From an uncultured Actinomycetes bacterium (lineage in GTDB: Bacteria; Actinomycetota; Acidimicrobiia; IMCC26256; JACDBD01): 64,000 nt of DNA. Where the stretch lies: NCBI GenBank assembly GCA_963781615.1, contig CAWAGI010000007.1:318748-382747 (forward strand). Reading direction: 5' to 3'. The position numbers were made by a program, and so were the translations under genes. Positions 8,801-19,673 of the stretch are shown here, in pieces (positions within the stretch are counted from its first letter, which is position 1; every line of letters begins with the position of its first letter). The notes under the pieces are model-generated. The model was not told the origin of the DNA, made no database searches, and was given only the letters and a program-made list of their open reading frames with translations.

Positions 8801-11800
8801 GTGACAACGGGGGCAGGCGACGCAGGAAGGCCGGCGACGGCCACGGTGCTGTTCACCGATCTCGTCGGCTCCACCGCGCTGCGCCAGGCCGTGGGCGACG
8901 ACGCCGCCGACGAGCTGCGCCGGTCCCACGACCGTGTGCTGCGCGACGCCGTCGCCGGGCACGGCGGCCACGAGGTCAAGGGCACGGGCGACGGCCTGAT
9001 GATCGTGTTCGACTCGGCGGTCGAAGCCGTCGCCGCCGCCGAGGCGATGCAGCGAGGAGTCGAGCGGTTGACACGCCGCGCGCCCGCGCCCGTGTCGATC
9101 CGCGTCGGCCTCAGCGCCGGGGACGTCGTGTGGGAGGGGGACGACTGCTTCGGGACGCCGGTCGTCGAAGCCCGCCGGCTGTGCGACGCGGCCGAGGGCG
9201 CGCAGATCCTCGTCGGCGACGTGGTGCGCATCCTCGCCGGCAGTCGCGGCGGACACGACTTCCGGCCCGTCGGCGCGCTCGAGCTGAAGGGCCTGTCGGC
9301 CCCGGTGCCGGCCGCCGAAGTGGCGTGGCAGGTCGGCGACCATGCCGTCCCGCTGCCCAGTGCGCTCGCCGGCTCGGAGACCATCGGCCTCGTCGGCCGG
9401 GTCGACGAGATGGAGCGGCTCTGGACCGCATGGAAACACGCCCGAAGCGGCGAGAAGCGGCTCGTGCTGCTGTCGGGCGAACCGGGAGTCGGCAAGACCC
9501 GACTCGCCGCCGAGCTGGCGCGCGCGCGCCCACGCCGAGGGCGCGGCGGTCCTCTTCGGCCGGTGCGACGACGACCTCGCCGTCCCGTACCAGCCGTTCG
9601 TCGAGGCGCTGCGCACGTACGTGAACGCCTGCGCGCCCGCCGACCTCGAAGTACAGGTCGGATCACACGGTGGTGACGTGGCCCGCCTCGTCCCCGAGCT
9701 CGCGGCGCAGGTCACAGGTCTGTCGGAGCCGTTGCACGCCGACCCGGAGACCGAGCGGTACCGCCTCTTCGAGGCCGTGGACGCATTCCTCGAAGGCGCG
9801 GCCGCGAGCGTGCCGGTCGTCCTCTTGCTCGACGACCTGCACTGGGCGGCGAAGCCGACGCTGTTGATGCTCCGACACCTCGTGCGCTCACCCAGCGACG
9901 CATCGCTGCTCGTGGTGGGCACGTACCGGGACACCGAGCTCGACCGCCGTCATCCGCTGGCCGAGACGCTCGCCGATCTGCGGCGGGACGAAAGCGTCGA
10001 GCGGATGGCGCTGCGCGGGCTCGACGAAACAGAAGTGACCGCCTTCGTCGAGGCCGCCGCCGACCAGCCTCTCTCGCCCGAGGTCGCCGCGCTGGCCCAC
10101 ACGGTCTACGCCGAGACCGAAGGCAACCCGTTCTTCGTCGGACAGGTGCTTCGCCACCTCGTGGAGTCGGGCGCCGTCGTTCTGGAGGACGGGCAGTGGG
10201 TGCGAACGGCAACGGCCGATCGCATCGGCATCCCCGAAGGCGTGCGCGAGGTGATCAGCCGCCGCTTGGCGACTCTCGACGACGAGTCGAACGCCGTCCT
10301 CGCGGTGGCGGCGGTCATCGGCCGCGACTTCGACGCCGAGTTGCTGACCGAAGCCACCGAGGTGGATGCGGAACGCGTCCTCGACGCGCTCGAGACCGCC
10401 GAGGAGGGTCGTCTCGTCGAAGCGACGCCGGGGCGGGCACGGTTCACGTTCGTGCACGCGCTCGTGCGTTCGACGCTGTACGACGAGATCCCGACGACGC
10501 GCCGTCTGCGCCTGCACCGCCGCGTCGCTCAGGCGCTCGAACCGCGCGCCGCCGGCGACGACAGCGTCCTTCCGAGCCTGGCCCGCCACTACTGCGAAGC
10601 GGCCGCACTGGGCGAGACCGAGAAGGCGATCCGTTATGCCACGCAGGCCGCCGAGCAAGCGCTCGTGAACCTTGCGTACGAGGAGGCTGCCGACCTGTAC
10701 GAGCGCGCCCTGGCCGTGCTCGAGCCGCGCAGCCAGGACGAGCGGGCGCATCGTGGCGACCTTCTGATCCAGCTCGCGACGGCTCACGCGGCCGCCGGAG
10801 ACCGCGGAGCCGCCCGCGTGGCGGCGTTCGACGCGGTACAGCACGGGCGGGACGTCGGTCGTCCCGACCTCCTCGCCGATGCCGCGATCAGCATGGGGGG
10901 TGGCATCCGCGTCTGGAGTGAGGCGGGGGCAGTCGACGACGGGTTGGTCGCGCTGTGTGAGGAGGCGTTGGACGCTTTGCCCCCCGGCGATTCCGCGGGA
11001 CGGGCGATGGTCGGGGCCCGCCTGGCCGGCGAGCTGTACTTCCTGCCCGCGGCGAGCGACCGGCGAGAGGCGCTGACCGGCGACGCAGTGGCGATGGCGC
11101 GCCGCCTCGACGACCCGGCGGTGCTCGCCTTCGTGCTCGGCAGCGCGCACTGGGGCACGTGGGTCCCCGGTACCGCGCGAGAGCGGCTGGCGATCGTGGA
11201 AGAGATCCTGCAGCTCGGCACCGCCGCCGGCGACCGCGCGCTGCAGTTCAGCGGCGCGCAGTGGGCCTTCAGCGACCTCATGGAGCTGGGCGATACCGAG
11301 CACGCCGACAAGATGCTCGCCACGGAGATGACGATCGCAGCCGAGCTCAATCGGCCCGACCTCCTGTGGATTGCGGGCGTGCACCGATGCACCCGCGTCC
11401 TGATGGAAGGCAGGTACGACGAGGGTGTGCAGCTGGCCGACGAGGCGCTCGCGTACGGGCAGGCCGCGCACATCGAAACTGCGCTCCAGATGTACGGCGT
11501 CGCGCACATCGACATCGCGCGAGCTCGCGGTGGTGTGGAGGCGCTCGAGCCTCTAGTTGCGGGCATGGTCGAGCAGTACCCCTTGTTACCGGCATGGAGG
11601 ACGGGACTCATCTACCTCTACGCGATGCTCGACCGACCCGACGACGTGCGCGAGCAAGTCGAGATTCTCGCCGCCGACGACTTCGCCGATCTCCCGACCG
11701 ACGCGAATTGGGGAATCGCGATCGCCCTTCTCACCTTGGGGTGCGCCGTCGTCGGAGACCAGAACAAAGCGGCGCGTCTGTACGAGATGCTGTTGCCATA

Positions 11801-12173
11801 CCGCGATTTCTGCGTGATCGCCGGGTTGCCGGCGATCTCGGACGGATCGGTCGAGCTCTGGCTCGCGCTCGCGGCCGGAACCACCGACCGCTGGGACGTT
11901 GCCGACGACCACTTCGCCCGTGCGATGGAGCGCAACGCCGACAGCGGCGCACGGGCATGGACGGTGCATGGGAAGTACGAATACGCCGCATTGCTCGTGC
12001 GGCGACGTCGTCAGATCGATGCGCCGCGCCTCGGCGGCTTGCTCCGCGAGTGCCTCGCCGGCGCCACCGAGATGGGCATGACGCGCGTGGTCGATCAGAC
12101 CAGATCGCTCGCCGACACCGCCGGCGATCACGCTCGAGTAGCGGTCAGGCCGGCGGGCCGGAGCCCAGGGTGA
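8801..12173 (+). CDS. Adenylate/guanylate cyclase - AAA/STAND ATPase - TPR multidomain regulator (one apparent frameshift in the (GC)n run 9518-9530)
   Basis: Class III cyclase motifs TVLFTDLVGSTAL, GTGDGLMIVF, GLSAGDVVWEG. Walker A LLSGEPGVGKT. After the shift: AHAEGAAVLFGRCDDD and Walker B VVLLLDDLHWA. A long helical TPR-like C-terminus follows. No LuxR HTH is visible at the end. Confidence 0.85.
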
Positions 12174-13275
12174 CCTGGGCGGTGTGGCGGTCGCCGGACT
12201 CGTCGACCCAGGTCACCTCGACCTTGTCGCGCGGGTGGTGCGGCGCCAGCGCGGAGGTCAGGTCGTCGATCGAGGTGATCGTCTTCCCCGCCAGCGACAC
12301 GATCGTGTCGCCCTGCTGGATGCCGGCGTCGTCGGCGGACGAGTTCGCCTGGACGCCGCCCACGATCGCGTTCGACCGTGAGGCCGAGCTGCCGCGTCGC
12401 AGTCCGCCCCGGGCGCCCGTGGTCTGGACCGAGACGCCGAGGACGGCGCGCTCGCCGACGTGCGTGTCGCCGCTGCCCTGGCCCGACTTGATCTGGTTCG
12501 CGACCGACAGGGCGGTCTTGATCGGGACGGCGTATCCGTCGCCGTCGCCGGAGCCGGCGCGCAGCCGGAACCCTCCACTGCTCGCCGCCGTGTTCATGCC
12601 GACCACCTGGCCGTCGGCGTCGACGAGCGGGCCACCGGAGTCGCCGGGCTCGAGCGCGGCGTCGACGTGGATGAGGTTCCGCAGCGTCTGGGAGCCTGAC
12701 GTGTCGGCGACCTCGATCGTGTCGCCGACCGACCGCACGGAGCCCGAGCTCGCGTTGGGCGTCCCGGTGCCGCCGGCGTTGCCGATGGCGACGACGGGCT
12801 CGCCGACCGAGACGGTGTCGTCGGTGTCGACCGTGCGGAGGCCCGAGGCTCCGTCGATCTTGAGCAGCGCGACGTCCTCGGGGACGTTGTAGCCCAGCAC
12901 GTCGGCGGAGTAGCTCTTTCCCCTGCCGCCGATCTGGACCCGGACGCTGCTCGCGTTCTCGATGACGTGGTTGTTCGTCAGGATCTCGCCCGCGGACGAG
13001 ATCACCATGCCGGTGCCGGCGGCTTCGCCCTGCCCGCTGGCGATGGTCGTGTTGATGACGGCAACGGCCGGGTCGACCGACGACTCGATGGCGTCGACGT
13101 TCAGGCCTCCCGAGCCCGAGCCCGAGCCTCCCGAGCCCTGGGCGACGGCCCCCGTCGTGGCGAACCCGACGATGCCGGTTCCGACGACCGCCGCCGTGAG
13201 CACGGCGAGGCCGCGCAGCCATCGAGGAGGAGCGGTGCCTGCACGGGCGGACCGGGGCGTGAGCATGGCCTGCAT
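12145..13275 (-). CDS. HtrA/DegP-like trypsin-family serine protease with C-terminal PDZ domain
   Basis: Catalytic contexts TNNHV, DVALLKI and EPGDSGGPLV. PDZ segment GGVQANSSADDAGIQQGDTIVSLAG. N-terminal signal/TM RWLRGLAVLTAAVVGTGIV. Start MQAMLTP at 13275. Confidence 0.85.
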   Translation of the reverse strand: MQAMLTPRSARAGTAPPRWLRGLAVLTAAVVGTGIVGFATTGAVAQGSGGSGSGSGGLNVDAIESSVDPAVAVINTTIASGQGEAAGTGMVISSAGEILTNNHVIENASSVRVQIGGRGKSYSADVLGYNVPEDVALLKIDGASGLRTVDTDDTVSVGEPVVAIGNAGGTGTPNASSGSVRSVGDTIEVADTSGSQTLRNLIHVDAALEPGDSGGPLVDADGQVVGMNTAASSGGFRLRAGSGDGDGYAVPIKTALSVANQIKSGQGSGDTHVGERAVLGVSVQTTGARGGLRRGSSASRSNAIVGGVQANSSADDAGIQQGDTIVSLAGKTITSIDDLTSALAPHHPRDKVEVTWVDESGDRHTAQVTLGSGPPA

Positions 13276-13405
13276 TGTCGCGGGCGAAGCTTTGAACCCG
13301 CTGAGGAACCGCTGTGCCGAGGCCGAGACTTCGTGATCCGGCCGGTGGCCGGGCCGGGGAATAGTCTCTGGTCCTTCCCCCGGCACGAGCAAGGAGAGGG
13401 CAGTC

Positions 13406-14791
13406 ATGGCCGACGTCCGCACCAGCACCATCGGTCTTCCCGGCTTCGGCGGCGAGGTCGTCCACCCCGGCGACGCCTCGTACGACGATCTGCGAGCCGT
13501 GTTCAACGGCATGATCGATCGCCATCCCGCGCTGATCGCGCGGTGCACGAGCGCCGACGATGTTGCCGCCGCCGTCAACGTGGCACGGGAGCAGAACGTG
13601 CCGCTCTCGGTCTACGGCGGCGGCCACGGCGTGACAGGCGCCGCCGTCGTCGACGCCGGAATCTGCATCGACCTCCGCACGCTGAACCACATCGACGTCG
13701 ATCCCGACCAGCGCGTCGCCCGCGTCGAAGGCGGAGCGAGGTGGGGAGCGATCGACGCCGCCACCCAGGACCACGGTCTCGCCGTCACCGGCGGCCGCAT
13801 GTCCGACACCGGCATCGGCGGCCTCGCGCTCGGGAGCGGCAGCGGCTGGCTCGAGCGCAAGTACGGCTTCACGTGCGACAACCTCGTCAAGGCCGAGGTC
13901 GTCACCGCCGACGGCCGCCAGGTCGTCGCATCCGAGGACGAGAACCCCGACCTGTTCTGGGGGCTCCGGGGCGGCGGCGGCAACTTCGGCGTCGTCACTG
14001 CGTTCCACCTCCGGCTGCACCCCGTCGGCCCCATCGTGCTCGCCGGCCAGCTCATGTACCCGGCGGAGATGGCGGGCGACCTGCTGCGCTTCTACCGCGA
14101 CTTCATCCTGGCCGCGCCGGACGAGGTCTGCGGTGGCGTCGCGTTCATCACCGCGCCGCCCGAGGAGTTCGTGCCCGAGCCGGTGCGTGGCAAGCCCGTC
14201 GTCGGCGTCGTCGTGCTGTACGCAGGTGACCCCGCCGAGGGCGAAGAGGCGTTCCGGCCGCTGCGCGAGTTCGGGCCGCCGGGTCTCGACATGGTGCAGC
14301 AAATGCCGTACGTCGCCGTGCAGCAGATGATCGACGCACCCAACCCGAAGGGGCTGCTCAACTACTGGAACGCTTCCTTCTACGACTCGCTTCCCGACGA
14401 AGCGCTCGACGTGTTCGTCCCGCGTGCCACGAACCCGATCTCACCGTTCACCCAGGTCATCTTCATGCCGGGACGTGGCGCGGTCGCGAGGGTTCCCGAA
14501 GATGCCACCGCATTCGTCCAACGGAACGCGGACTTCAACTTGCACTACCTCTCGATGTGGGAGGACCCGGCCGAAACCGATCGCAACATCTCGTGGACGC
14601 GAGAGTTCTCCGACGCGATGAAGCCCTGGGCGAGCGGCCGGCAGTACCTGAACATGTTGGACGAAGACCGCGTGGACCGAGTGGCGGCGGCGTACGGCCC
14701 CGAGAAGTTCGCCCAGCTCCAGGAGCTCAAGAGCAAGTGGGACCCGGCGAACCTGTTCTGCCACAACCAGAACATCCCGCCCGCGAGCTGA
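13406..14791 (+). CDS. FAD-binding oxidoreductase (FAD-linked oxidase with BBE-like C-terminus)
   Basis: FAD_binding_4-type N-terminus (VAAAVNVAREQNVPLSVYGGGHG, GGARWG) and a C-terminal BBE-like tail (YLNMLDED...KWDPANLFCHNQNI). Intact 461-aa ORF. Confidence 0.9.
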   Translation: MADVRTSTIGLPGFGGEVVHPGDASYDDLRAVFNGMIDRHPALIARCTSADDVAAAVNVAREQNVPLSVYGGGHGVTGAAVVDAGICIDLRTLNHIDVDPDQRVARVEGGARWGAIDAATQDHGLAVTGGRMSDTGIGGLALGSGSGWLERKYGFTCDNLVKAEVVTADGRQVVASEDENPDLFWGLRGGGGNFGVVTAFHLRLHPVGPIVLAGQLMYPAEMAGDLLRFYRDFILAAPDEVCGGVAFITAPPEEFVPEPVRGKPVVGVVVLYAGDPAEGEEAFRPLREFGPPGLDMVQQMPYVAVQQMIDAPNPKGLLNYWNASFYDSLPDEALDVFVPRATNPISPFTQVIFMPGRGAVARVPEDATAFVQRNADFNLHYLSMWEDPAETDRNISWTREFSDAMKPWASGRQYLNMLDEDRVDRVAAAYGPEKFAQLQELKSKWDPANLFCHNQNIPPAS

Positions 14792-14797
14792 GGGCGG

Positions 14798-15598
14798 TCA
14801 GCGCCTCTCGGTGACGCGGACGGCCATCTCGGCGGGGCCGCCGGACGCGACCCAGCGTCCGGATGACCCCGTCCACACCTGGCCGGCGAAGGTGACCTGG
14901 CTCACGCCGAACTCCTGCGCGTGCCCGACAACCCACGTCGCGACCGTCCAACCCCGCGCGTCCGCGAGCGGCACGTCCAGCGTCGACGGGCCGAGCTCGC
15001 GCGCGAGCGCCTGGCGCAGCGGCTTCCCCGAGGCCGGCGCGGGCCCGACGTCGACGCGACAGCTCAGGCCGGCCGGGATCTCGCCGGTGGCGGCCTGGGC
15101 GACGGCGCGCGCTTGGTGCTCCCACTGCGCGTAGGCGCTCGGCGCCGCGCTGCGCTGCACGCGTTGCGCGGCCGTGGTGACCGGCAGCGACTCCCAACCC
15201 CGGACCCGCGCCAGGTGACGGTAGAAGGCGCCCGCGGCGTAGGTGGGTGTCAAGAGCTGGCTCGCCGATCCCCAGCCCTGGGACGGGCGCTGCTGGAAGA
15301 GGCCGACTGAGTCCCGGTCGCCGTGCGCGAGGTTCTGCAGCCTCGACTCCTGGAGCGCGGCGGCGAGGGCGACGGAGACCGCGTGATCGGGCAACCCCAT
15401 GCGCTTGCCGACGGCGGCGATCGTCGTCGCGTGGGCCGTCTGCTCGGGGGTCATCGTGTAGGTCTGGTCGTCCAACGAGACGTGACATCCCGGCGGCACG
15501 TTCGCTCCCTGGTCTCTCGTTGCGACGAGGACGGCAACGCCACCGGCCACCACCACGAGGACGACGATCGCCACCGTCCACCTACGGCCTCGGAACAT
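14798..15598 (-). CDS. Hypothetical membrane-anchored/secreted protein (267 aa)
   Basis: Start MFRGRRWTVAIVVLVVVAGGVAVLV (N-terminal TM) at 15598. The rest is a soluble domain without a motif I recognise. The longer ORF-track version to 16099 overlaps the crotonase gene in antisense. Confidence 0.6.
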   Translation of the reverse strand: MFRGRRWTVAIVVLVVVAGGVAVLVATRDQGANVPPGCHVSLDDQTYTMTPEQTAHATTIAAVGKRMGLPDHAVSVALAAALQESRLQNLAHGDRDSVGLFQQRPSQGWGSASQLLTPTYAAGAFYRHLARVRGWESLPVTTAAQRVQRSAAPSAYAQWEHQARAVAQAATGEIPAGLSCRVDVGPAPASGKPLRQALARELGPSTLDVPLADARGWTVATWVVGHAQEFGVSQVTFAGQVWTGSSGRWVASGGPAEMAVRVTERR

Positions 15599-15665
15599 CT
15601 CGCGCCGAACGTAACCGCCCGCCGCGGGGCGGCGCGTCACCCACGCGCGAGGTAGAACGGGTTCT

Positions 15666-16469
15666 ATGCCTTTCGTTCTCATCGAGAAGCCCCGTCCCCA
15701 CGTCGCCCTCGTCACGCTGAACCGGCCCGAGCGCATGAACTCGATGGCCTTCGACGTGATGATCCCGTTGCGGGACGCGCTCGAGGAGGTGAGCCTCGAC
15801 AACGACACCCGGGTCGTCGTCCTCACCGGCGCCGGCCACGGTTTCTGCTCGGGTGCCGATCTCGAGGACTCGGGGACGATCCCGAACATCGCCGGCTTGA
15901 CTCGCTCGTCCATCGCGCAGCGCTCGATGGAGCTCCTCCACGATGTGATCGTCGGGCTGCGCCGGATGCACCAACCGGTGATCGCGGCCGTCAACGGCGC
16001 CGCCATCGGCGGAGGATTCTGCCTCGCGGTTGCCGCCGACATCCGGTTGGCGGCCGAGGGCGCGTACTTCCGCGCTGCGGGCATCAACAACGGGCTCACG
16101 TCGGCCGAGCTCGGGATCAGCTACCTGCTCCCGCGCGCCATCGGCTCGTCACGCGCGTTCGAGATCATGCTGTCGGGGCGCGACGTGCAGGCCGGCGAAG
16201 CCGAGAGCATCGGCCTCGTGTCGCGAGCGGTGCCGGGCGAGCACCTGCTCGAGCAGTGCTACGAGCTGGCGGAACGCATCATCGGCTTCAGCCGCGTCGG
16301 CATCGAGAGCACGAAGCGCATGCTGTGGTCGAGCCTCGACGCCGGCAGCCTGCACAGCCAGATGGACGCCGAGGCGCACGCCCAGCTGTACGTGCGCCTG
16401 ACGACCGAGAACTTCGAGGAGGCGGTCCGGGCGCGGCGTGAGAAGCGCGCCCCCGTCTTCCGCGATTGA
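15666..16469 (+). CDS. Enoyl-CoA hydratase/isomerase (crotonase) family protein
   Basis: LNRPERMNSM, VVVLTGAGHGFCSGADL and VIAAVNGAAIGGG oxyanion-hole motifs. Confidence 0.9.
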   Translation: MPFVLIEKPRPHVALVTLNRPERMNSMAFDVMIPLRDALEEVSLDNDTRVVVLTGAGHGFCSGADLEDSGTIPNIAGLTRSSIAQRSMELLHDVIVGLRRMHQPVIAAVNGAAIGGGFCLAVAADIRLAAEGAYFRAAGINNGLTSAELGISYLLPRAIGSSRAFEIMLSGRDVQAGEAESIGLVSRAVPGEHLLEQCYELAERIIGFSRVGIESTKRMLWSSLDAGSLHSQMDAEAHAQLYVRLTTENFEEAVRARREKRAPVFRD

Positions 16470-16532
16470 CCGCCGCGCCCATTCACAACCGGCATTCAGG
16501 TTCGCCTCAGACTCGCTTCGTACGCTCCGTCC

Positions 16533-18279
16533 ATGGGAGGTCGGGTACGGCGAGTCAGTCGACGGTCGTTGCTCAAGGCAGGCGGTGCGGGCGCCGCGCT
16601 GGGAGCGTTCGGCTCGCCCTGGCGTCGCCTCGTCGACAGCCCGCCCCACGATCGCCCGCGTGCCGAGCAGGACGACCACGGTGACGGCGAGCGAGAGTCG
16701 GATGACCCCGAGCTCGATCTGGCCAATATCCAGGGCAACGTGTTGGCAGGGTTCAGCAAGGACCACCAGCGCCTGCTCTTCTTCCGGCTCGGCGACGGCG
16801 CACGCGCACGGACCTGGATGGCGACGATCGTCGACGAGACCGCGACGTGCGAGGAAGTGCTCGCGTTCAACGATCTCTTCCGCCGCGCTCGCGCGACGAC
16901 GCGGGAGCGAGGTGGCCGCGCCCCGGGCGACCTGGCTCAACGTCGCCCTCACGTACCCCGGGCTCGCCGCCCTCGGCGTCCGAGAGACCGAGCTGTCGTC
17001 CTTCCCCGAAGCGTTCCGGCAGGGCATGGCGGCGCGCGCCCAGCTGCTGGGCGACGTCGACGAGAGCGCACCATCCCGCTGGGTCGGTCCGTTCGCGTCG
17101 TCGGAGGTGCACGGCCTGTTGCTGCTGGCGGCCGACGAGCCCGCTGACCTCCGGCGCTTGGCGGGCGTACACACGCAACGGATGGCGGCGCACGACGTGC
17201 GCGTCGTCTTCGACGACTCCGGAGAGGTTCGTGCCGACGAGCCCGGTCACGAGCACTTCGGGTTCAAGGACGGCGTCTCGCAGCCCGGCATCCGGGGGTT
17301 GACGCGCCGCCAGAACCCCGACGACGACGAGCAGGGCGCGCCGGGGCAGGACCTGCTGTGGCCCGGCGAGTTCGTCCTCGGCTACCCGACCCAGATCGCG
17401 ACGGCCGACCGCGCCTCGGACGAGGACGCGAACGGCAACCCGGGGCCGATCTCGACGTCCGGCCCGGCCTGGACTGCGGACGGCTCGTACCTCGCCTTCC
17501 GGCGTCTGCGCCAGGACGTCGCCGGCTTCCGTCGTTTCCTCGCCGGCGCCGCCTCCGACCAGGGCGTGAGCACGGAGCGGCTCGGCGCCAAGCTCGTCGG
17601 CCGGTACCCGAGCGGCGCGCCGCTCGAGCGGACCGAAGATGCCCCCAAGGGCTTGGATCCGTCGGAGGCCGACCCTTCGCGCGGGGACCCGGGCATCCTC
17701 GATCCGCTGAAGATCAACAACTTCGAGTTCGCGGAGCAGGACGCCGACGGCGGGCTCGTCCCGCGCGCCGCGCACATCCGCAAGGCCTATCCCCGCGACG
17801 AGCAGACTCCGACGGGCGGCGAGGCCGACACGCAGACGCACCGCATCATGCGGCGTGGCATTCCCTACGGGGAGTCGTTCCGCGAGGGTGCGCCGGCCGG
17901 GTCAGCCGCGGGCGCCGACGCCGACCGCGGGCTGTTGTTCCTCGGCTACCAGGCGTCGCTCGAGCGGCAGTTCGAGTTCGTGGTCTCGCAGTGGTTCAAC
18001 GATCCCGACCATCCCGAGCGGGGTGACGGGCACGACCCGATCCTGTCGCAGGCGACACGCACGAAGCAGTTCACGCTGCCCGGCGGCAGTCCGGCTCACC
18101 TCACGATGCGGCCGTTCATCTTCACGACCGGCGGCGCGTACCTGTTCCAGCCGTCGATCACCGCGCTCCGCCGGCTGACGCAGCCGTCGGCCGTACCGGC
18201 GCCGGCGCCACGTCGCGAGCCCGGGCCGCCGGCCCCCGAACCGCCGCCGCCACGCCGCCGCGCGCCGAGGGCCGTCTGA
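16533..18279 (+). CDS. Dyp-type peroxidase with Tat signal (one apparent frameshift near 16885-16900)
   Basis: The N-terminus RRSLLKAGGAGAALGA (twin-arginine) and DLANIQGNVLAGF lie in the frame of ORF 16533. The remainder lies in the frame of ORF 16438: ATWLNVALTYPGL, HEHFGFKDGVSQP (Dyp GxxDG-type motif), RIMRRGIPYG. Pro-rich C-terminal tail. Confidence 0.85.
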
Positions 18280-18285
18280 CCGGCC

Positions 18286-18555
18286 CTACTTCTCGCCCAG
18301 CGCCCGGGCGAGCTCGTCACGACCCATCTTCGAGCGGCCTTCGAGGCCGCGCCGCCGGGCGATCTTGATCAGCTCGGCTCGGGTCTTCGGTGACTTGGCA
18401 CCCGTCTGCTTCCGCTTGCGGACTGCAGAAGCCTGCTTGCCCAGGGCCGTGCGGGTCTTCTTCGGCATGTGGGCGATGGTCTTCTTGCGCTTGGCGGCGC
18501 TGGTCGCCTTGCGGACGTTCCGCTTGGCCGCCTTCCGCTGCTTGGTGGTGACCAC
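18286..18555 (-). CDS. Small basic protein with Rho-termination-factor N-terminal-like (Rho_N) motif
   Basis: 89 aa, K/R-rich, with the C-terminal segment ELIKIARRRGLEGRSKMGRDELARAL typical of Rho_N/SAP-like modules. Confidence 0.7.
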   Translation of the reverse strand: MVTTKQRKAAKRNVRKATSAAKRKKTIAHMPKKTRTALGKQASAVRKRKQTGAKSPKTRAELIKIARRRGLEGRSKMGRDELARALGEK

Positions 18556-18604
18556 GGCACACCTCCTTCGGTGCTCCGCGGTACCTACCCGCGAAATGCC
18601 CAGG

Positions 18605-19282
18605 TCACGCCTCGGCGGCGGCGACCCGTTGCACGACGGCGTTCACGATGTCGGGACCCTGGGGGATGCGGGCGTCCGACGTTCGTGAAGCCGAAGCCCA
18701 GGGCGGCGCGCCCGACCCGCACGACGACGAAGTCGATGTACAGGGTCGCGGTACCGCCGTTCTGGGTGAAGGTGGCGGCGATCTCGTAGCCGAGCGCCTC
18801 GTCGCCGACGCCTTGCAGGTCCGTGATCGGCGACGCGGTGGGTGGGCCGGCGGTGGGTCGATCCTTCCCGACCTCTGTCGCGAGCCTCTGGAAGCAAGCC
18901 ATCGCCCGATCGCCCTTGTAGGCCGACACGAATGTGCGGGCGGCGCCTTGCTCTCGAACGCGTACACGGCGTTCTCGGCCGAGGTCGCCTTCTCGGGTAC
19001 CGGGTCCGAGAACTCCCGAGACCGTGCCCGCGGGTTGTCCTGCTTCGCGGCCGCGACGGCGGTGTTGATCTTCCGGCAGTCCTTGATGCCCTTGAGCGCG
19101 TCGCTGCTGGAGTCGCCACGCTTCGACGTCCACTCGGCGGGCACGTCGGCCTTCGTGATCACGCCCGCCTTGAGGATCGCCTTGTCGCTCTTGGTCTCGC
19201 CGGCCACGGCCGACGGCGCTGCGAGCACCAACGCCGCGATCGGGACGACGAGGGTCAACAGTCGCAATCGCCGGGGAAGCAT
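18605..19282 (-). CDS. Secreted hypothetical protein (two compensating apparent frameshifts near 18948 and 18678)
   Basis: The signal peptide MLPRRLRLLTLVVPIAALVLAAPSAVAG and the C-terminal DARIPQGPDIVNAVVQRV share one frame. The middle part (GAARTFVSAYKGDRAMACFQRLATEV...TATLYIDFVVVRVGRAALGFGFTNV) reads in the frame of ORF 18585..19133. Confidence 0.6.
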   Translation of the reverse strand: MLPRRLRLLTLVVPIAALVLAAPSAVAGETKSDKAILKAGVITKADVPAEWTSKRGDSSSDALKGIKDCRKINTAVAAAKQDNPRARSREFSDPVPEKATSAENAVYAFESKAPPAHSCRPTRAIGRWLASRGSRQRSGRIDPPPAHPPRRRSRTCKASATRRSATRSPPPSPRTAVPRPCTSTSSSCGSGAPPWASASRTSDARIPQGPDIVNAVVQRVAAAEA

Positions 19283-19468
19283 CCGGGCACCCTACCGCCT
19301 CGGTTCGGTGCCGTACCTTCGTGCGCCGCGGGGGCGGCCGGCGACGCGGTCGCCGTGCGAACGGCGGGTCGAGTGGGGCGGGCCCGCCGCCGTCGCCGTG
19401 CGGACCACCCCGAAGTGGCGTGACTCATGCATTCCACAGCGGCTTGTGGACGGCTGACCAGCGCAAAC

Positions 19469-19490
19469 GTTCACTCTCCATTCACCCCGC
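19469..19490 (+). promoter_or_regulatory. Two 11-nt direct repeat units GTTCACTCTCC ATTCACCCCGC (PHO-box-like / OmpR-family response-regulator site)
   Basis: The (G/A)TTCAC cores are exactly 11 nt apart, 184 nt upstream of the STAS gene start. The AAACGTTCAC-N6-TTCAC string is shared with the upstream region of the paralog at 22450-22471. Confidence 0.45.
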
Positions 19491-19673
19491 GCGCGTTGAT
19501 CGTCGGTGTCCGGACACGGTTCGCTACACGCGACCGATTTGGGCCCATCCCAGGAGAGCACTTGGCCGAATCGGACCCCAGGGAGCGGGAGTCGCCCCTA
19601 CGTCTTCCCCCGGGGCGGCTCCCGCTTCCACACAGGTCGCATCGCAACCCCGCCGAGCCGGAAAGGTCGTCCC

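Noticed and set aside
7756-9934. ORFs 7756..9624 (+, 622 aa), 8039..9934 (-, 631 aa) and the N-terminal two-thirds of 7876..9666 (-, 596 aa).
   Set aside because: Low-complexity R/P/G/A translations lying opposite or out of frame to the P450 and the cyclase. Only the part of 7876..9666 downstream of the ATG at 8757 (MAGGFDPFDP...) is coding.
12128-14302. 724-aa ORF on the minus strand spanning the htrA-like gene and the FAD oxidase.
   Set aside because: An off-frame shadow (R/G/D/P-rich). The protease motifs are in ORF 12145..13578, and the FAD oxidase is on the plus strand.
15599-16099. N-terminal extension of ORF 14798..16099 (-).
   Set aside because: It runs antisense through the well-supported crotonase gene and has no hydrophobic or conserved features. 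The TM-containing start MFRGRRW at 15598 is the credible one.
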